A stretch of 64,000 bases of DNA from Daphnia carinata (Eukaryota), in NCBI RefSeq assembly GCF_022539665.2, contig NC_081333.1, positions 8,432,001 through 8,496,000 of the forward strand. Reading direction: 5' to 3'. How positions within the stretch are numbered: the first letter of the stretch is position 1; each line of letters opens with the position of its first letter. Under the pieces are notes generated by a model that saw only the letters and a program-made list of their open reading frames with translations, did not search any database and had not been told where the DNA came from. Both the position numbers and the translations under genes were made by a program. Shown piece after piece: positions 26,601-41,600 of the stretch.

Positions 26601-29600
26601 AATTTCGGTTTGATTCAACGTACAGTGATATTGTGGTGAAAGAAACGTCATGTTCCAGTTTTCTTTATTATTTTGCTATTATTGTTTGAACAAAAGAGTA
26701 GATGATGACAATTCCAAAAGCGGGTGCACCGTATTGTATTTCCAATTTGGAATGTTAGCCACGCTGGAACTTATGAACTGACTATGAATGACATTTGGGA
26801 CAACATCAGCGAGAAACTGTAAGTTGATTCAAGTCACGTCAGACTTTATCAATCGGAATTTACATCATATAGCAGTATCGAGCAATAAATTCTCGCCCTT
26901 TATGAATTTATGAGCAAATCGCTAGTACTAGGTACGTTATGTATGGAAAGGTTGGGTATGTAAAATGCAAGAGTGCAATAAGCCAATCGTAGGTTTATTG
27001 AATTCTCGGAAAATTGATTTGGTTTTCGTTTTTACGTGTACGGCGTCGACTTCATGGCCAAGTTCAATATCATACTGAATGTATATGAGGACGGCTGGGA
27101 CGGCTCGTAAAATTTAAACCGAATATCATAAAAAGTGAAGTCTTTATAGTTTATCTATTCATGAATGATACTCAACCGCATTGAAAGTCAAAACGAACGG
27201 ATGAGAGTGCCGTGTAAATTCCGGTTTTGAAGGCCACGCCATCCTTCCATTCAATTAATGCGATTGTATTCCGGTAGCATACATCCGCCTTGGATACAGC
27301 GTTACACGTATGAAAATAATAGTCCTGTACAAATAAATGTGCCCGCCGAATTTCAATTGAATAGAACATTCGAACAAGCTTACAGATATTCTTAAGGTTT
27401 CTCGAGTTGGTTTACGAAATCAATGGTCATTTCATCCCCTTCAATAGTGACTCTCCCTGAAATAGAAAAGAGCAAGTCATCTATACACCTCGAAACTCTT
27501 TTGGTGCCAAAAAAAGAAGAAAACGACAGAAATAAAAAAGCTGCTGGACCTATCACCGTCCATTCTTGTCGAAGCAAAAAGAGATACATTAGATTGGCTG
27601 AGTTCCAGCACGCAAAAGAAAAGACGTTGCCCATTGATGATATCGTCTTTCAAACGTGAAAAACAAAATCAAAATAGCAAAAGAAAAAAAATCTCTTTCG
27701 AAACGTGTTCTCCTTAGAAAAGTTTGAAGGTTAAGATGTTACCCTAGTTGCACAACTACTACCATATAGAGTTATTTATGGGAGTACGGTGTGAGAAACT
27801 TAATGACGATTCAATGGCTACCTCGTAATGGGATAGAGATTTTGTACAGTGACACCATAAGTTGGGGAGGGCTTTTGTCACAATCTATGGCCTTCGGGTG
27901 TCACCTACATTTTTATACTCTTCCCCACGTTTTCCTTCTGTAATTGTCTTTCCACCATTAACGGCGAGAGTTGGGGTAACCAAAATTGCAGGCATCTTTT
28001 TTCTCAAAAAATATTTTATGGTTCGTCATCGATTCAGAAATCCCAACACATTTTGTTTTTCTTGTTTAATACTTGTTCACACTCCATATCTGGAATTTTA
28101 AAAGTTGAACGACTGAAACTAATTGATCCGTAAAAACACAGAAAGATATTTTAAAATTCATTTAGGATTTTGTGTCATTAATGCAACTGTGGCATACTTT
28201 AGCTTCGGGTGTATTGTAACTAAAGGTTCAGGGGGTACCCGAAGGCTGAATTCTAGACACGTTTCACCTGGAATCGCTCAGTTGTGAACGAGACAGTCTA
28301 CGACGAGGTGAAGGACAAAGTTTGACTGGTGGTTCTTCGTAATTGTGACTATCTTCACATCAATCACCTTAAACAAGGTATTGTGATTCTGCAATTCGTA
28401 TTCCTGTGCATTTCTCTTTAATGCGGAAATAGATTTAAGCCGGTTACTAGCAATCTGTCGAGATTAGTTGTATTAGAAAAACAAAGTCTAGGATAAAAGC
28501 AGAACATTACCTTGTCTTTTTCGATTTCTTTGATTTCTTTTGCTGGCCGGCGGGGTGCAAATGTATTCACTCGCCTCTCCAATGAGGTAGACGCAATCAA
28601 GCTAAATCAATGGGGTATATGTTTTCCGCTGGAACTGTGTGAAAAGCACTGATTGATGATTTTTTTCATCAAAGGGGCGGGAAGGGGTTCCTGTGGCAAC
28701 CGGCGAGACGGACGCCGTTCTCTATCGACTTGACACACATCACATCGTCCCTCACGTTCCCCTTTTTATAGTGCCAACCTCATTTTGATGTCTTCTCGCC
28801 AAGCCCCAACTCTTTTTGACTTCAGATGTACATTAACGTACATTCTTGCCGTCGACTATTCTTTTTCAAACGTCCATTGAAAAACAGGCCTTTTCCTTCA
28901 TCGTACTTTTCTTGATAGCCTGAAAATTCGTTTTCAAAACTTTACGCATGTGTGCGTCTACGAGCTTAAATGGGTTGCAATAATTTTTCGTGTGTCTAGA
29001 ACTTAAGTCAAAAACCCCAACGGGAAGTGGTAACACAATGCAAGGGCAATGACACGGAACATGATAAGGACGTTACCTAATGAGCTAGTAAAGGGGAAAC
29101 TGTGAACTCCAGTTAGCTGGCCGAGCATTAAAAATTCAAACGGAAGTAGCGCGAAGATGGGCAACCGACAGAATGGCAGACAAAAAAAAATAGATTTAAC
29201 TTTTCTTTTCTTGATTCAATAACCCGATGTCTATGGTGGCAGGTTCCAATCAAATTTTCTACTATTGAAGCTGTCGGCTGTATACGAGAGCGGATCTATA
29301 CTTATCCGCTTCACCGAAGCCTGTCAAAAGAAGTGTTGGTAATATGTTGCAGCACTTGGTTTTCTATATTTCATCCGTCTCGCTCGTCGAATGTTTCTCC
29401 CATGATGGTTCATATCTCGCAGCCGACACAACTGCCCTTCATGCGTTGCTCGTCTCTTTTCTTACCAGATTGGCCTTCAATGCCCAGCATTGTGTAGATA
29501 ATTCTCTATGACGAAAGCTGGCATGTAAAATACCATTTGAATTTTATTGTGCGTTCCAAAACAGAGATTATACTGCAACGCAGAAACGCAATATGAAAGA

Positions 29601-32600
29601 AGAAAAAGAGTTTTGGATGTTTTGGCAGGCTAGTAGCAAACTAAACAAGCCTGTCTTCGTTTCGTTTAAGCAGCAGAGGGTTTAGACGTAGCAAAGGGCG
29701 GCGTCATTTTGGATGGCAGGTTAGAAGTTGACATTTAGCTCAAGAAGTTTTTCTTTTGGCAGTTTGTTCTTCTGCCGAAAACAAAACTTTGCCATTTTCG
29801 TTCATTATTTCCCTCTTTCTTTTTTTTTTTTAACTCGTAGTTGGCTGGCATTGCTCCATTCATTGAATAGTTAAGCTGGAAAATCAGAATCATAATACGC
29901 TGAGCTGCAATCCTCCATCGATCGGGATCGAAATTGCACCAGAAAAAGGAATAGCAAACAATTTACAATGTTTAATCAAAGTGTGTGTTTCAGGTCAGGA
30001 AACGATCGGTGATCCGACCTGATTCTGGATAACACATGCTAACGCTTTAGGGTTTATCGTTAGCTGCAAAATTTCATCGTAGCACGTGTAACTAATCCAA
30101 CCCAACTATTTGCTTTTTCTACTTGAAGATTTTCATTTGTACTTAATGAACGGGCACGAGACTATAGGGGGAAGTGTGTGTCCGTTATTCGCATTCCTAC
30201 AACGGACGGATGGGCCATCTTTAAATGTTTTTCCGCCAAAACGACCCAATCGACCAATCAGACCCATTTTTTATAATCACAGTGATTAGACGTCGTGACC
30301 TGCCATTTCCTTTGCTCGTCTTCGATTGGCATTTCATTACGCTGGGAATGTGCTTTGACATCCGGTTTTGCGGGTTGGCTTCCTTATCGTCCGTCGCCGT
30401 GCATTCCTTTTTCCTCCAGTTTACTGAAGAGAATAAAACCCAACAAAATCTTCAGCTAAAATATTGACAAAATCAAAAAATATTTTCATTCATTTGACAA
30501 TGTCAGCAGTTGAAAGCTTTCAGATGAGTCATTAAAATAAATCAGATTTGACGATGCGCTGCCATTACCATTTTGTTATTGTCCACGCAAGCGCTTAATT
30601 CCTTTGAAAACGATCAAGAATTTAAAAAGATTCGATGCCCTTAGAAAAAAAAAATTCTGTTGATTAGCCATTCAGATTGTTTTGTTTTTTTATTTATGCG
30701 AGACAAATGATTTTCCCGAGATTCCCACGCAGCTGACATAGCAGGAGGGTGACAGATTGGATCTCCCCCCAACACAACTCGCGGGATTTTTTGTTTCGGG
30801 ACAATGGGTTAGGGAACTAGTGGGCGTCACACAGTGTCGAATACAGACGCAACCCATCTGATTACTTGGCTCAATCTAACTTTGCCAAAGGCAAAGAAGC
30901 TGAAACGAAAAAGACTTCATCCTCACACAGAGGGCGTATAAAAGAAAGAGAGAATGTCTAACTGATTTGACGGGGATGTTTCTCAACAAGAAAAAAAAAT
31001 GCCAACCATCAAACGGTTTTTTTCCATGAGCTCGTATAAGAGACCGAAAGTGTATTCAAACTTGTCGTGTGTGTCTGTGTGCACAATGCGCATAAACGCG
31101 CTAGTTTATATGGGGACTCGTAGCTAAAACTCCTCCTCCCCCATTATTTCTTTGGGAAACAAACGAGCTGCTAGAGATACGCTTTTCTCACCCACTCTGT
31201 CTTGTGTATCTTCCATCTCAACAAATGTTCCACTTTGAACAGTATGTCATTGACTGAATGTTCGTCCTTTGTAAACATCGCTATCCTTAAATGACGTCAT
31301 ACGCAGACGACTTTTGCTATCTTCCATGCAAATAATAAGGGGTGGAAAGAAAAGACAAAAAGTAATAAAGAAATAGATGCTGTTAGATAGGCCTGTTGCC
31401 TCCGTTTCCATCATCGGCTGATGTTTGCTTGACTAGAACAAAAACCATTTTTCTTCCAATTTCACTAAGAGAATCTGATGAATCCATTTCGCAAAAAGGC
31501 GCATCGTCATTCTGTTTCTTCAAATTTTTTTTCTTTCCAATTCGTTGGTTATCACGTCTGAGGTACAAGTGCGAGTCTTACTGTTAAGTATGCGCGCGTG
31601 TCACGCCACGATTCGTGGTAGGATCTGCGACATGGAGATGCATCTGTAATCGAATGGCCGTGAGCCAATGGCAAGTTGGTTTCTTTTGCGTTTCAGCTTA
31701 CGCAGTTTTTTGAAAAGTAACCCGATTCCATACGCGCGAGACTCTGACAGCATTTTTTTCTTGAAATGTCCCCGGAGTCCAGCCGATGGACGTCTTGAAT
31801 TCACGGATGGCTCAGAGCCAGGGTTATTGTTTGCCTCCATTTTTATGGGGTTAGGCACATCTCCAGAGCAGTTCGTATACGAATCCATCCATGACGCAAC
31901 CGGTAATCCACGCTTCTTTGTGAAAGGAGGGTAGACGAGGGTCTCATTCTTTATATTCTTCCACACGCTCCTCATAAACACGACCGGAAAGAGGAGACCA
32001 TTATTATCCGCCATTTTATCCATTTCAATTGTAACTTTTCTTTTCTTCTGCCTTTGCCCTTTTTTCTCTCTCTCTCTCTCTCTCCCTCTCTCTCTCTCTA
32101 TACAAAAAAAAAGAGATTCGTTTCCAGCGGAATGACGGATGGAATGAGGATTTCATCAAACTCATCGTGTCACGAGCACGGCGAAAGGTATACAATCCGT
32201 AATATAATACAAACACACAGTGTGTGCAGCCTTGCAATGCCGACATCTGCGTAAGGATGTCTTCAATTCGGGCTATTGTCGGTAATTGAATTTTCCGCCC
32301 ATACGTGTAGGGACGGCCAAGAAATCCCTTTTCAAAAAGAGTGCTGGTACACGCCAGATGTTTGTTGTGGTTTCGAGTGTTTTACTAGTACCCCTCTGTT
32401 TTGTATTATCGTGAAAATGTTGCAGGCGAAGGAGGATCAAAATGTTTAAAAAGGAAGTCTAGTTTTGTCATCGTTTGCCTTACGGTCATGGACCATCTGG
32501 GTACACTGAAAAAACAGTCCATAACACAAAGAGGCGTCTAACTTGTGCACTCTAATTTTTCGTTCTTTTTAAAATCCAAAGGCACTTCAAGAGGCTAGCG

Positions 32601-35600
32601 CATTTTCTTCGCATAATATGTCGATGGCATTATGTAGCTCCCTCCTAGCCAATTTTTGAAGAACCACTTTGTTGTGTTGGGTTCCCCGAATGATCAACAC
32701 CCGTGTCGCTCTTTTTGAGTTTCACGACGTCTTTCCTAACGTCTCCTCCGCCTGCTCCAGCCATTTTTTTGTTGTCTAGGGGACAAGCCTATACATCTGT
32801 TTTATATTTTTCGTATCGATCGAAAAAAAAAGAAGATGGGGGGGAGAAACTTTGGCAAACATATCAGAAGAGGGGAAAGAGGTAAACTCCTTTCGTGCGC
32901 CCGCTTCCATTCGAACAACCAAACTGAAAGGAAAGTGTAAAGCAATAAAGGGAAGAGCTAAAGAAGATTCAGGAGGAATCGTACAGTCATATGAACATCA
33001 AGAGCCATCTGGAGCGAGAAAAGGTTTTAGGGTAATAACAAAAGAGAAAAAAAAAGTGACGTTAAATAATGGAGGGGATCGTTACGCAGCGATGAAGAGC
33101 GATAGTTTCCATTCGTCCACACGCTGTCAATGGTTCACGAAATAATGTCAATAGGTGTTACCGATCGGGAGAAAAAATAATGGCCGCCATTTCGATTCCA
33201 GTGTCGCTGTTGTTATTTCTCTGTATCCATTATCTCTGGAATCCATTAGGTTTTACTTGTCCAGAGCTTTATTTTTTTATGGTGTACTAAGAAATATGGC
33301 TGTGTGGGACGGACAAAGGGGAGGAAAAAAGAAAGTAAAAGGTTGTTTCAGTTTGTTGCCCGCGAAACGTGAGTTGTCGAATTAGACGTAATGAATAAAG
33401 ACAGATGGAATGAAATCCATGTAAACAGGATTTTCACGTACCGAGAAACCCTTCTTTGATTTTCTCGAAAAAGAGCGAATGTAGGCAGAGGAGTTAGACC
33501 ACTGCTATTAAAAATATGGAATAGCAGATGTTTTGGAGAAACGGACCAATCAGATGAAGCGAACGGATAACGACTGGATTTGTGCGAGAAGTCGTTTCCC
33601 CTTCAACTGAGTTCAAGAAAAAAGATTTAAATGCTAAGAGACGTGATCAAAGTATTCTTAGCGTTGCTCGGAATCAAAACTTGGAAGCTCAGGCCGTTGC
33701 GACGGATCGTCCGTTCCAAATCTTCTACGAACGGAAGTCGGGGGAAAAGAAGAATTTTGCCCATCTTACTGAAAGAAATTATTCTTCTAGCTAGGATTTC
33801 AAATGGTGAACCATTTCGATTCAAATGTAAATGTTTTTCCAGAGAAAACGAACAAACGGGTGCAATGGCTGACGAATTTTATGCCAGTAATTGTTCAATT
33901 CAAATCATGTCAGAGGACTCGCTAGCCAAATGTTAAGTGCTTCTGGCAATGCGACAAAGTCTAACGTAGTTCCAGCGAACTGAGCATGAAAGTGTGACAC
34001 TGTGTGTTTACTGTGGTTGACCATTCTGGATTCATCTCTACGGACTCCCGTCGTCATGCACGACCAATGGGATCGTGTGGCCCAATCCAATTCCGGCCTC
34101 CACACACTTCGCTTTTATTTTTATTGTTGCTCGGGTAAACAAAATCTCGGTATAACGCGCTCAACAGTTTTCTTGACGTCAAAAGGTTCGCATCGAGAGG
34201 TGACAAAGAGTTTCACGCTGAGCGTCGATAGCTTCCCAAGCTGAATTTCCAGCCAAATGCCGCAGATACGTGTGATGAAGTTACGACCCTTCGATATCGA
34301 TTGTGTGCCGTAGCCGTAAAAAATCCGAGTCGATTACACCCCAACCTGCCCCATTTATTGTAATTATGTTTTGTTTTATTCGATTATCCATCTCTCGGTG
34401 TCTTTCCTTTCATCCTAGCGAATAACTCTGCCGTGTCACTGTTAATGGAATCTCAGCTCGTAGTCGTCGCTCCATAAAAAGGAAAAAGAGAAATGTCGCA
34501 ATTGTGCTGAAAATAGACGTGCTGGAAAAAGCCAACCAGTGCTATATAATAAAAAGTAAAAAGAAAAAAATGAAATAGAAGGTTTGATGTGGATAGATGG
34601 GCTTTTCGATCGTGTCCAGAAGTTCCCAAAGAAAAGAACCACCCACGGTCCAAGATACTGAAAAATCCGTAGCTAATAATCTCGCTCGTTTCGCCCTGTA
34701 TATAGAGAGAGCTACTGGAAATCATTCCGATCGACATTGAACGGAGAGGCGGTGGATGCAACTGGTTTTTTTTGTTCCCTGGATAGTGTAGCCTGGTACG
34801 GTCTATGGTTCCCTGGACGATCGATAACAATGAAGGAGAGCGATTGTTTCGTGCTAGTGCCACTTCCTTGAACTGTTTAGTTGACTGTGTCTAGCCGAAC
34901 CAGATACAGAATCGCTTGACGGATCGAGGTAATACGAAATAACGAAAGAGAATAGAAATGCTGAAAGGAAACACAGAAGAAAAACGAGAGAGGATCTAGA
35001 AACAAAAGGAAATTGCATCAGGAACGTCTCAGTCGTTTGTTACTTTTCCCTATTTTGCGTCATTTCATTCTTCCTACCGTCACTCTTCGAAATGAGACAG
35101 GGCGAGTGCAGTATGTAATGATGTAGATGTGTAGGACGTAGAAGTGGGACCTATTGGTTTATGGTGGGCTAGATGTTACGTTGTCAAAGACTCCGTCTTT
35201 CACGCATTTCCTATGCGCATCCAGTTGGTTTTCATTTTATAGCGCAGATGAATTTGAATTTTCAAATTCTCTTGAGCAGCTTTTGTCCCTCCTACGCTTT
35301 TTCATATCACTTATACTTCCTGCTTTATTATTCATTCGTTTCGAGTATTTTCTGTTTTCCATTTTCTCTGGGTGTTTTTCTTTTACATTCAACTAACTCT
35401 TCGATGGGTCACAGGGGACATTCGAATATTTTCCATAAAAAGTAATGAACTATGAACCTGTTTGCATTGGTGATCCGTATTTTATTGAGCGTCCATATAG
35501 TGAAACAAATTTAGCGTCGTATACATAGTGGTTAAATCCAGGCGCAATGCAGATCGCGTCCTGGGTCCCCCGTCTTCACGCCTCAACTGTTTTATGCGCT

Positions 35601-38600
35601 TCTTTCCCAAATGCTGTCGTGAAACGATTCACGTTTATGCCACCGAAGAAGGCCGAAATTGATTTTGCATATTCTTATTTTTCCAGTAAGGTAAACACTC
35701 CATACACAGTGTATTACACGCTAGCCTGTTGTAGAGCATTGTTTGTTTATGGAACAAGCCTCTTACGTCAATGTGCAATTTATTTTCGTTTGTTCCCATT
35801 TTTTATAGTTCCTTTTATCAAGAACCTATTTTTATTGTGTACGTCTATTGTTTGAAGCAAAAATTTCTTTTCGTGACTTCTAACGATGTCCTAAGTGCGC
35901 ATCCGGATGCGAAAGAGCGCTACAAGCGATTCGGAACAGCAGGCGATCCCCCCCTTTTCTTTATCATCAAACGAAAGGAATGTATAAAACAAAATCGACA
36001 AGGGAAACGAGGACATAACAGCAAACGTTAACATAACGCAAAAAGGCAACAAACACACGACAGTACAACCTTTACCATATGAGTCACGCTAGACGTGGAA
36101 TTGGGAAAAAGAAAAATTTCCATTTAAGTACGTTGCACAACCCATATGTTTTATGCAGTGGTAGTATATACAGGAATTGGTGAAGTGCTTCTACTTGCAT
36201 ACATACAAAAGTAAGTTGCTATAATGCTCAGCAGGAATTGAGAATAAGACGAGTCTTTTGCTCTTTATTTGCTCCCTGTTAAATCCCTTAGTACATGCGA
36301 TTTCCCCCTCCATTTCAGCTATCTTACAGCACATATTCTCTTTCGATATTAATATCAATTTCAGTACTCGACATTCTGTCGACAGGCATTTAATGTATTC
36401 GTTTCACATGTTTGGATATGCAGCTTTCGCAATGCTTTATTTCTCGTTATTGAATACGCAGCCATTTTCTGTTTTTACTTCGTTGATGCATCCCTTTTAT
36501 TTTCTATTTTCAACTTTGCTTTTCTCTTGACTTTATTATAGGCATCAATAGTACCGACATAATAGAAAAGGTGATCGGTTGGTTTTAGACGGTGTAAAGA
36601 AAAATGGCTTGAAAGACTTTGCTTCGTCCGTGGAGAATTTTCAATAGAGTGGCATCGACCGTAATGTGTATGTAGGTCGATGTGCGTGTTTTGTGAACCC
36701 GAAATCCATTGGGCGAGCCAATACCACGCCCTGTGTTTTATCAAAACAATTTTTTTTTGCCTCACGGACTGTATACCCGTGATCATGGAACTAACTCACG
36801 GGAATTCTGGCTGCGTAGTACTGTTCCCACTCTTTCTCTTATCCAGCCATCTGACTTTTCCAATATACTACGTAATGTCCCTTCGGCCCATCTACATGCA
36901 CGCACACTGTCAGCATGGATTCTTGATCGCTTTGTTTGCTGGATCATCTGATCTTTCCTAATGTCCACTTTCTTAACGCTCCATCCTCATCAAGGTCTAG
37001 AGCTCGTTATACCCAAATGCCTTTCTTTATCTTGGGGATTTGATTTCCTTCCTCCTATCTAGTCTTCCGCATTGTCTCCGCTCTTCTTCACGCGTTCCCG
37101 CCTTGCTATCGTTGATCAACTAATCAGTTTGCTAAACAGAGGCTATTCAAATCAAGTGCAGAGAAGCAGATGAGGACTTTGATGGTTTAAAAGGGATTGA
37201 TTCAATCCCATTCTAGAGTTATGTAACCGTAAACAGGCCCTGAGCAGGCATTTCTACGGCCTAACTTTCAAAGTCTTATTCACCGTACCCTTTTTATTCC
37301 CAATTTTTGTAGAAAAAGTGGGCTAAACTCGCGTGGTTTACCATCTTGAAACCCTTCGCTTTCTAAGAAAAATGAAATGCTAAAGTGAATTATTAGAGCC
37401 AATTTCTTTTAAATCTGTACAGTAGATAGTATTCAACACCTGAACTTATTTCTTTTTTACTCGTTGACAGAATAATTCTCAAATGGAGCGAAATACAAAA
37501 GAAAAAAGTTTAGCAGCAAAAGTTGGACTGCAGGAACCATGAACGGAGCCTACCACTGAATATTAGAAAATAAGGTAAGTACTACTTTAGTATTTGAAGT
37601 AAAGATCGAACGTGAAAAGTACGTGACCGCTCCAACCGTCATCTCTATTACGAAAACGGAAAACTTTTGAAGCGCGTAGATAGCAAAACCATGTTGCATG
37701 AAAAGACCATGAACACTGTTTCATTGATGACGACGTATTTACAAAAAGTAAACGCTATACTCATATCAACACATTCGCAAAAAAAAGGAACGTTTCCATT
37801 GTCGAGCATAGCTAATAATAATCGAGAAAGCGAAAGTCGATTTCGCAGAACGGCGTCGCATGGACTTGCCTAAAAGAACCTGACACTCCATGTGGGAGTA
37901 ACAGGGAAAAGAAAAAAAAATGGGAATACACATAATAGGTTCTCGGGATTGAGATAAAATGTGGAACGTGAGTTGATTACCGAATCTTCTTTGGCTGCTG
38001 CGCAACGTTTCCTTCATTTTACCTTTGCATACAGCGTTTTGCTTTGTAGTCTTGAAGACATGACAACTATATGACGCCTTGAAATGAAAAGATTGTGTTG
38101 CTCATGTCTGTATAGTGACGTTCGTTCACCACAGAAGAAAAATTGACGTGAATCAAATGTACGTCAAACTGAATTTTCACGATTTTCTGTGTTCAATTTT
38201 GCAAGAGAACAATATCGACATCTTCTTCAACTTTCGCTTTTTGATCCCCTTAATTCCTTCGTGTTATCAAGTCAGGTGGAAAAGAAATACAGACACAGCC
38301 CTCACATGTGTAGAAGACATCCTTTTAGAGTTTGACTAGAGAGATAAAAAAAAAAAGGATGAGAAGGTGCACACCGTAAGCTAGTAAAAAAAAGAGATGA
38401 AGAGGCTCTCAGTTGGATGAGCTTGAGAAATCCACTAGCCTGCAAGGTTCCACTCGACTCGGTTGGATGTCCTATTTTTCTTGTTTTTGGCGGGCTGTAT
38501 CGAATTGAAAAGTTAGCCCCGGCTATATAGCACACACGGGAGACTAGCATGACGCTGTTGTTCTTATCAGAATATATCGGGACAGGTTCCAAATATTCGC

Positions 38601-41600
38601 CAACACACGCACAAACACGAAAGGGCGGAAGGATCGAGGAGCGCGGATGAAAAACAGGAAGAAACAGAACAGGCACGCTCGTCGTCATCGAGCCCTCCTT
38701 TTGTTGTGATCACGTTTTCGGGACTCTTTCGTTTTCCACTCAAGTATATATACATACATGCAATGTATTATATACGGGTGTATATAAGGAAACCAACCAC
38801 TATTTCTTTTCATTTTTTTTCCCCCTTCTCTTTCGTGAATCGCCAGCAAGGGAATCGCGAGATTTCGTTTTTGTTCCCAAGCACGCTCTCTTGTTTCTTT
38901 TCTATTTCCGCCTTTTTCTACAAACCCTTCCGTTTTTTTTTTCGCCATCTTGTTCAGCTAGCCGCACATCAGACCTATTCTTTGTGTAAGCTATAGTCAT
39001 TTCCTTTCAGAAGCAAAGTGGCAAGTCGTAGCTTTCTCTTTAATCGCCATCGAATGCATTGACCCCAAAGAAAAGAACAAATATTTAAACAACTTCCCCT
39101 ACATTTGTTTATTGATTTTCTTCATTGTTCAGCCAAAAGTAGGGCCATTGAATGTATAGGAAAGTTTACGTCACTGACCTTATTTTACGAGTTATGTTTT
39201 TGTAGCTTTTCTCAAGTGTTTTATTCACACGACATTTTCACCGGTCGTTGATTTTGATTCAATTTCGTTTCGTTTTTTGTACACAAAAAGAAAAAGTTTT
39301 GAATGCGACCACTAGTGAACACCTTCGTGTCGAAAGCAATTCAATCCCGGTTGCCAAAATGGGTGCGTACACAGCGGGATACGTATTTCCTCGTTAGCGC
39401 GTCATTACTGCGGGATCGATTGGCACCCTATAAGTTAGACCGGACCAACCTCGTCGTCCGTTGCATTTCTCACGTCCTACCTTCGTATACACAAAGTTTC
39501 TCCCCCCCCCCCCCCCAAAAAAAAACGGTACCGTAGTGACTGCCGTGATTGGAAAGTAATGGATTTCATGGAATCTAATGATTGAAATTACTCTCCGCAT
39601 TGAGTGTAATTTGACTAAATAATAATTGATTCTCCTTTGCCCGGCCCGATAATTAGGCAATTATAGGCATGCACGAAAGGAGGACAATGCAGCGTCTTTT
39701 CTTATAACGAAAACTTTGGCTCCCTCAAACTATTACGCTCATTTCGCTTAAAGTATAAAACTTCAAAAATTACAAGTCAAGGATTCCTTAATGATTGAAA
39801 TTACAGCGCACCATATAATTATTCTCTGTAATTCCACCTATGTGTTGTCTTCGTTATTTCATCTTATTTTACACACACAAAAAAAAATCCCTCTTTCTGT
39901 CGTAACGAATTTTCTGTGCACGAACCTTCAAGCGACAGATATTTACGATAAGACAAAGTTCATTAGCGACTCAAAAGGCTGCCGAGGGTTATGCAGAAAA
40001 AAAAAAGAAGAAAAATTATGCATATGGTTTTTGCTTATGCCCTGTGTATAGGGTACCAAAGAAAAGACAGAAGGCTGGTGACAATGAATGGTAACTAAAG
40101 AGACCTAGAGACCACATAAATCCGTCCTATGCCGTCGTGACAATTTGTAGGGCCGTCCCACTGCGTTCAGTCTCCACGCACTCGACTTGATTTGATGCAT
40201 CCCGCAGACAGCTCCCTTCCGCTTGCTTTCATCCAGCACCTTGAAAGACACCGACTGTTCTTATATTCCCCAGCTGCATTTCTTCTTATTCTTTTTTTTT
40301 TGTTTAAAGAAACATTTTCCTTCTATTTACTTCTTATCTTTCTCTCTGTCCCTTTGACTTCGGTAGAGACGTTCAAGTTTCGTCATATCAACTTCTTTGA
40401 AAAATAGCGTATGCTGCGCGGTTTCCGCGATTCAATGAAGAAGACCCCGTCGGGAAGAAGCTTTTCAATCCCTTCATCAACTACCTCACTCGTCATTATA
40501 GAGAAATGATGAGCGAAAACCAACGAACCAGAGTTAAATAATTCGCTCAAGTCTCATCTGTCTTTTGGTTTCCTTTTTTTCCGACCGACTGGCTGACTTC
40601 AAAAAAACAAAAGAGAAAATCATCACCCCCTTAAACTGCGACAAGAACATTATCTTTTTGTTTTTTTTTTTCCAATCTTCGTTCTGCCCTACTGCCATCG
40701 TTCCCTTATTTTTTGTTCGTAATCAAAGAGAGAGCCATCGAAGAAGAGGATCTCCTGCATGCCAAACCGATTCCGAAATTCTCTCACGTCTCCCTTCTTG
40801 TAACATGATTGGCTTTGCGACTATACTCTCCTAAACTGGCTTCTCCCTCGTCCGAACATCGAATTGCCCAGTACCGCGTCAAAACTCGATTATAGTGCCA
40901 TAGGAACGGACATTGAGGGACAGTCAGTAAGATCCACCCCCTCGGATGACATACGACTAATGATTCCCGTTAGCAACGGCATTTTACCACACACACTGTC
41001 CACTACTATAGACTATGATATCTGTCAGCTAATGTCCGTCTTCATTTGGACGACGCAACGTCTGCTCGCTGGACGTGTCGGTACGCGCTTTTCCTATTAA
41101 TCGTCTTTGCCGGACGACTACGACCGGAAAATGGAGCGGACCTCCTAGATCTTTTGGACGTCGGAAACAAAGATCATGGACCCGTCCGCCAATCCCAGTC
41201 ATTCGTCATCTATATAGTTTTCTCTGGCCGTTGTGTCCCTCTTAATGAACAGCATCATAAATCGATGCAAGCACGTACGCATGCAGGCAAAAACATCACT
41301 CTTCTTTGTTCCAAGAACGGAATTGTTTGTAAATGATTTTTCGTCTACAATTTATCTCCGAAATCTCAATATTCTACTATTCAATCAAGTTGAATAGCGC
41401 GTGTGGGAATCTGTTTGTTTCGAACCCGTTGCAACACTTTCAATAAGAGAGAAGGAAACCATATTGAATTCAACTCGGCACTCGGCATATGGTTGGGTAC
41501 ATTTTGGTTTGACGAAAGATCGAATCAGTTCAGACGGAGATGTTTATTTAGCAATGCAATGTTTTTCGTTCTTCCTTGTTATCTCGTTGCACGTCTGCAT

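Noticed and set aside
28201..28256. Hairpin followed by CTAG, like a Helitron 3' end
   Set aside because: CTAG is not followed by T, no 5' end or second copy is visible, and the stem is short.
31601..32023. 140-aa intronic ORF on the GPCR strand
   Set aside because: No recognisable domain or supported splice structure; it sits in homopolymer-rich non-coding sequence.
35514..35584. tRNA-like stretch with an A-box-like TAGTGGTTA
   Set aside because: No GTTCRA B-box/T-loop and no consistent cloverleaf.
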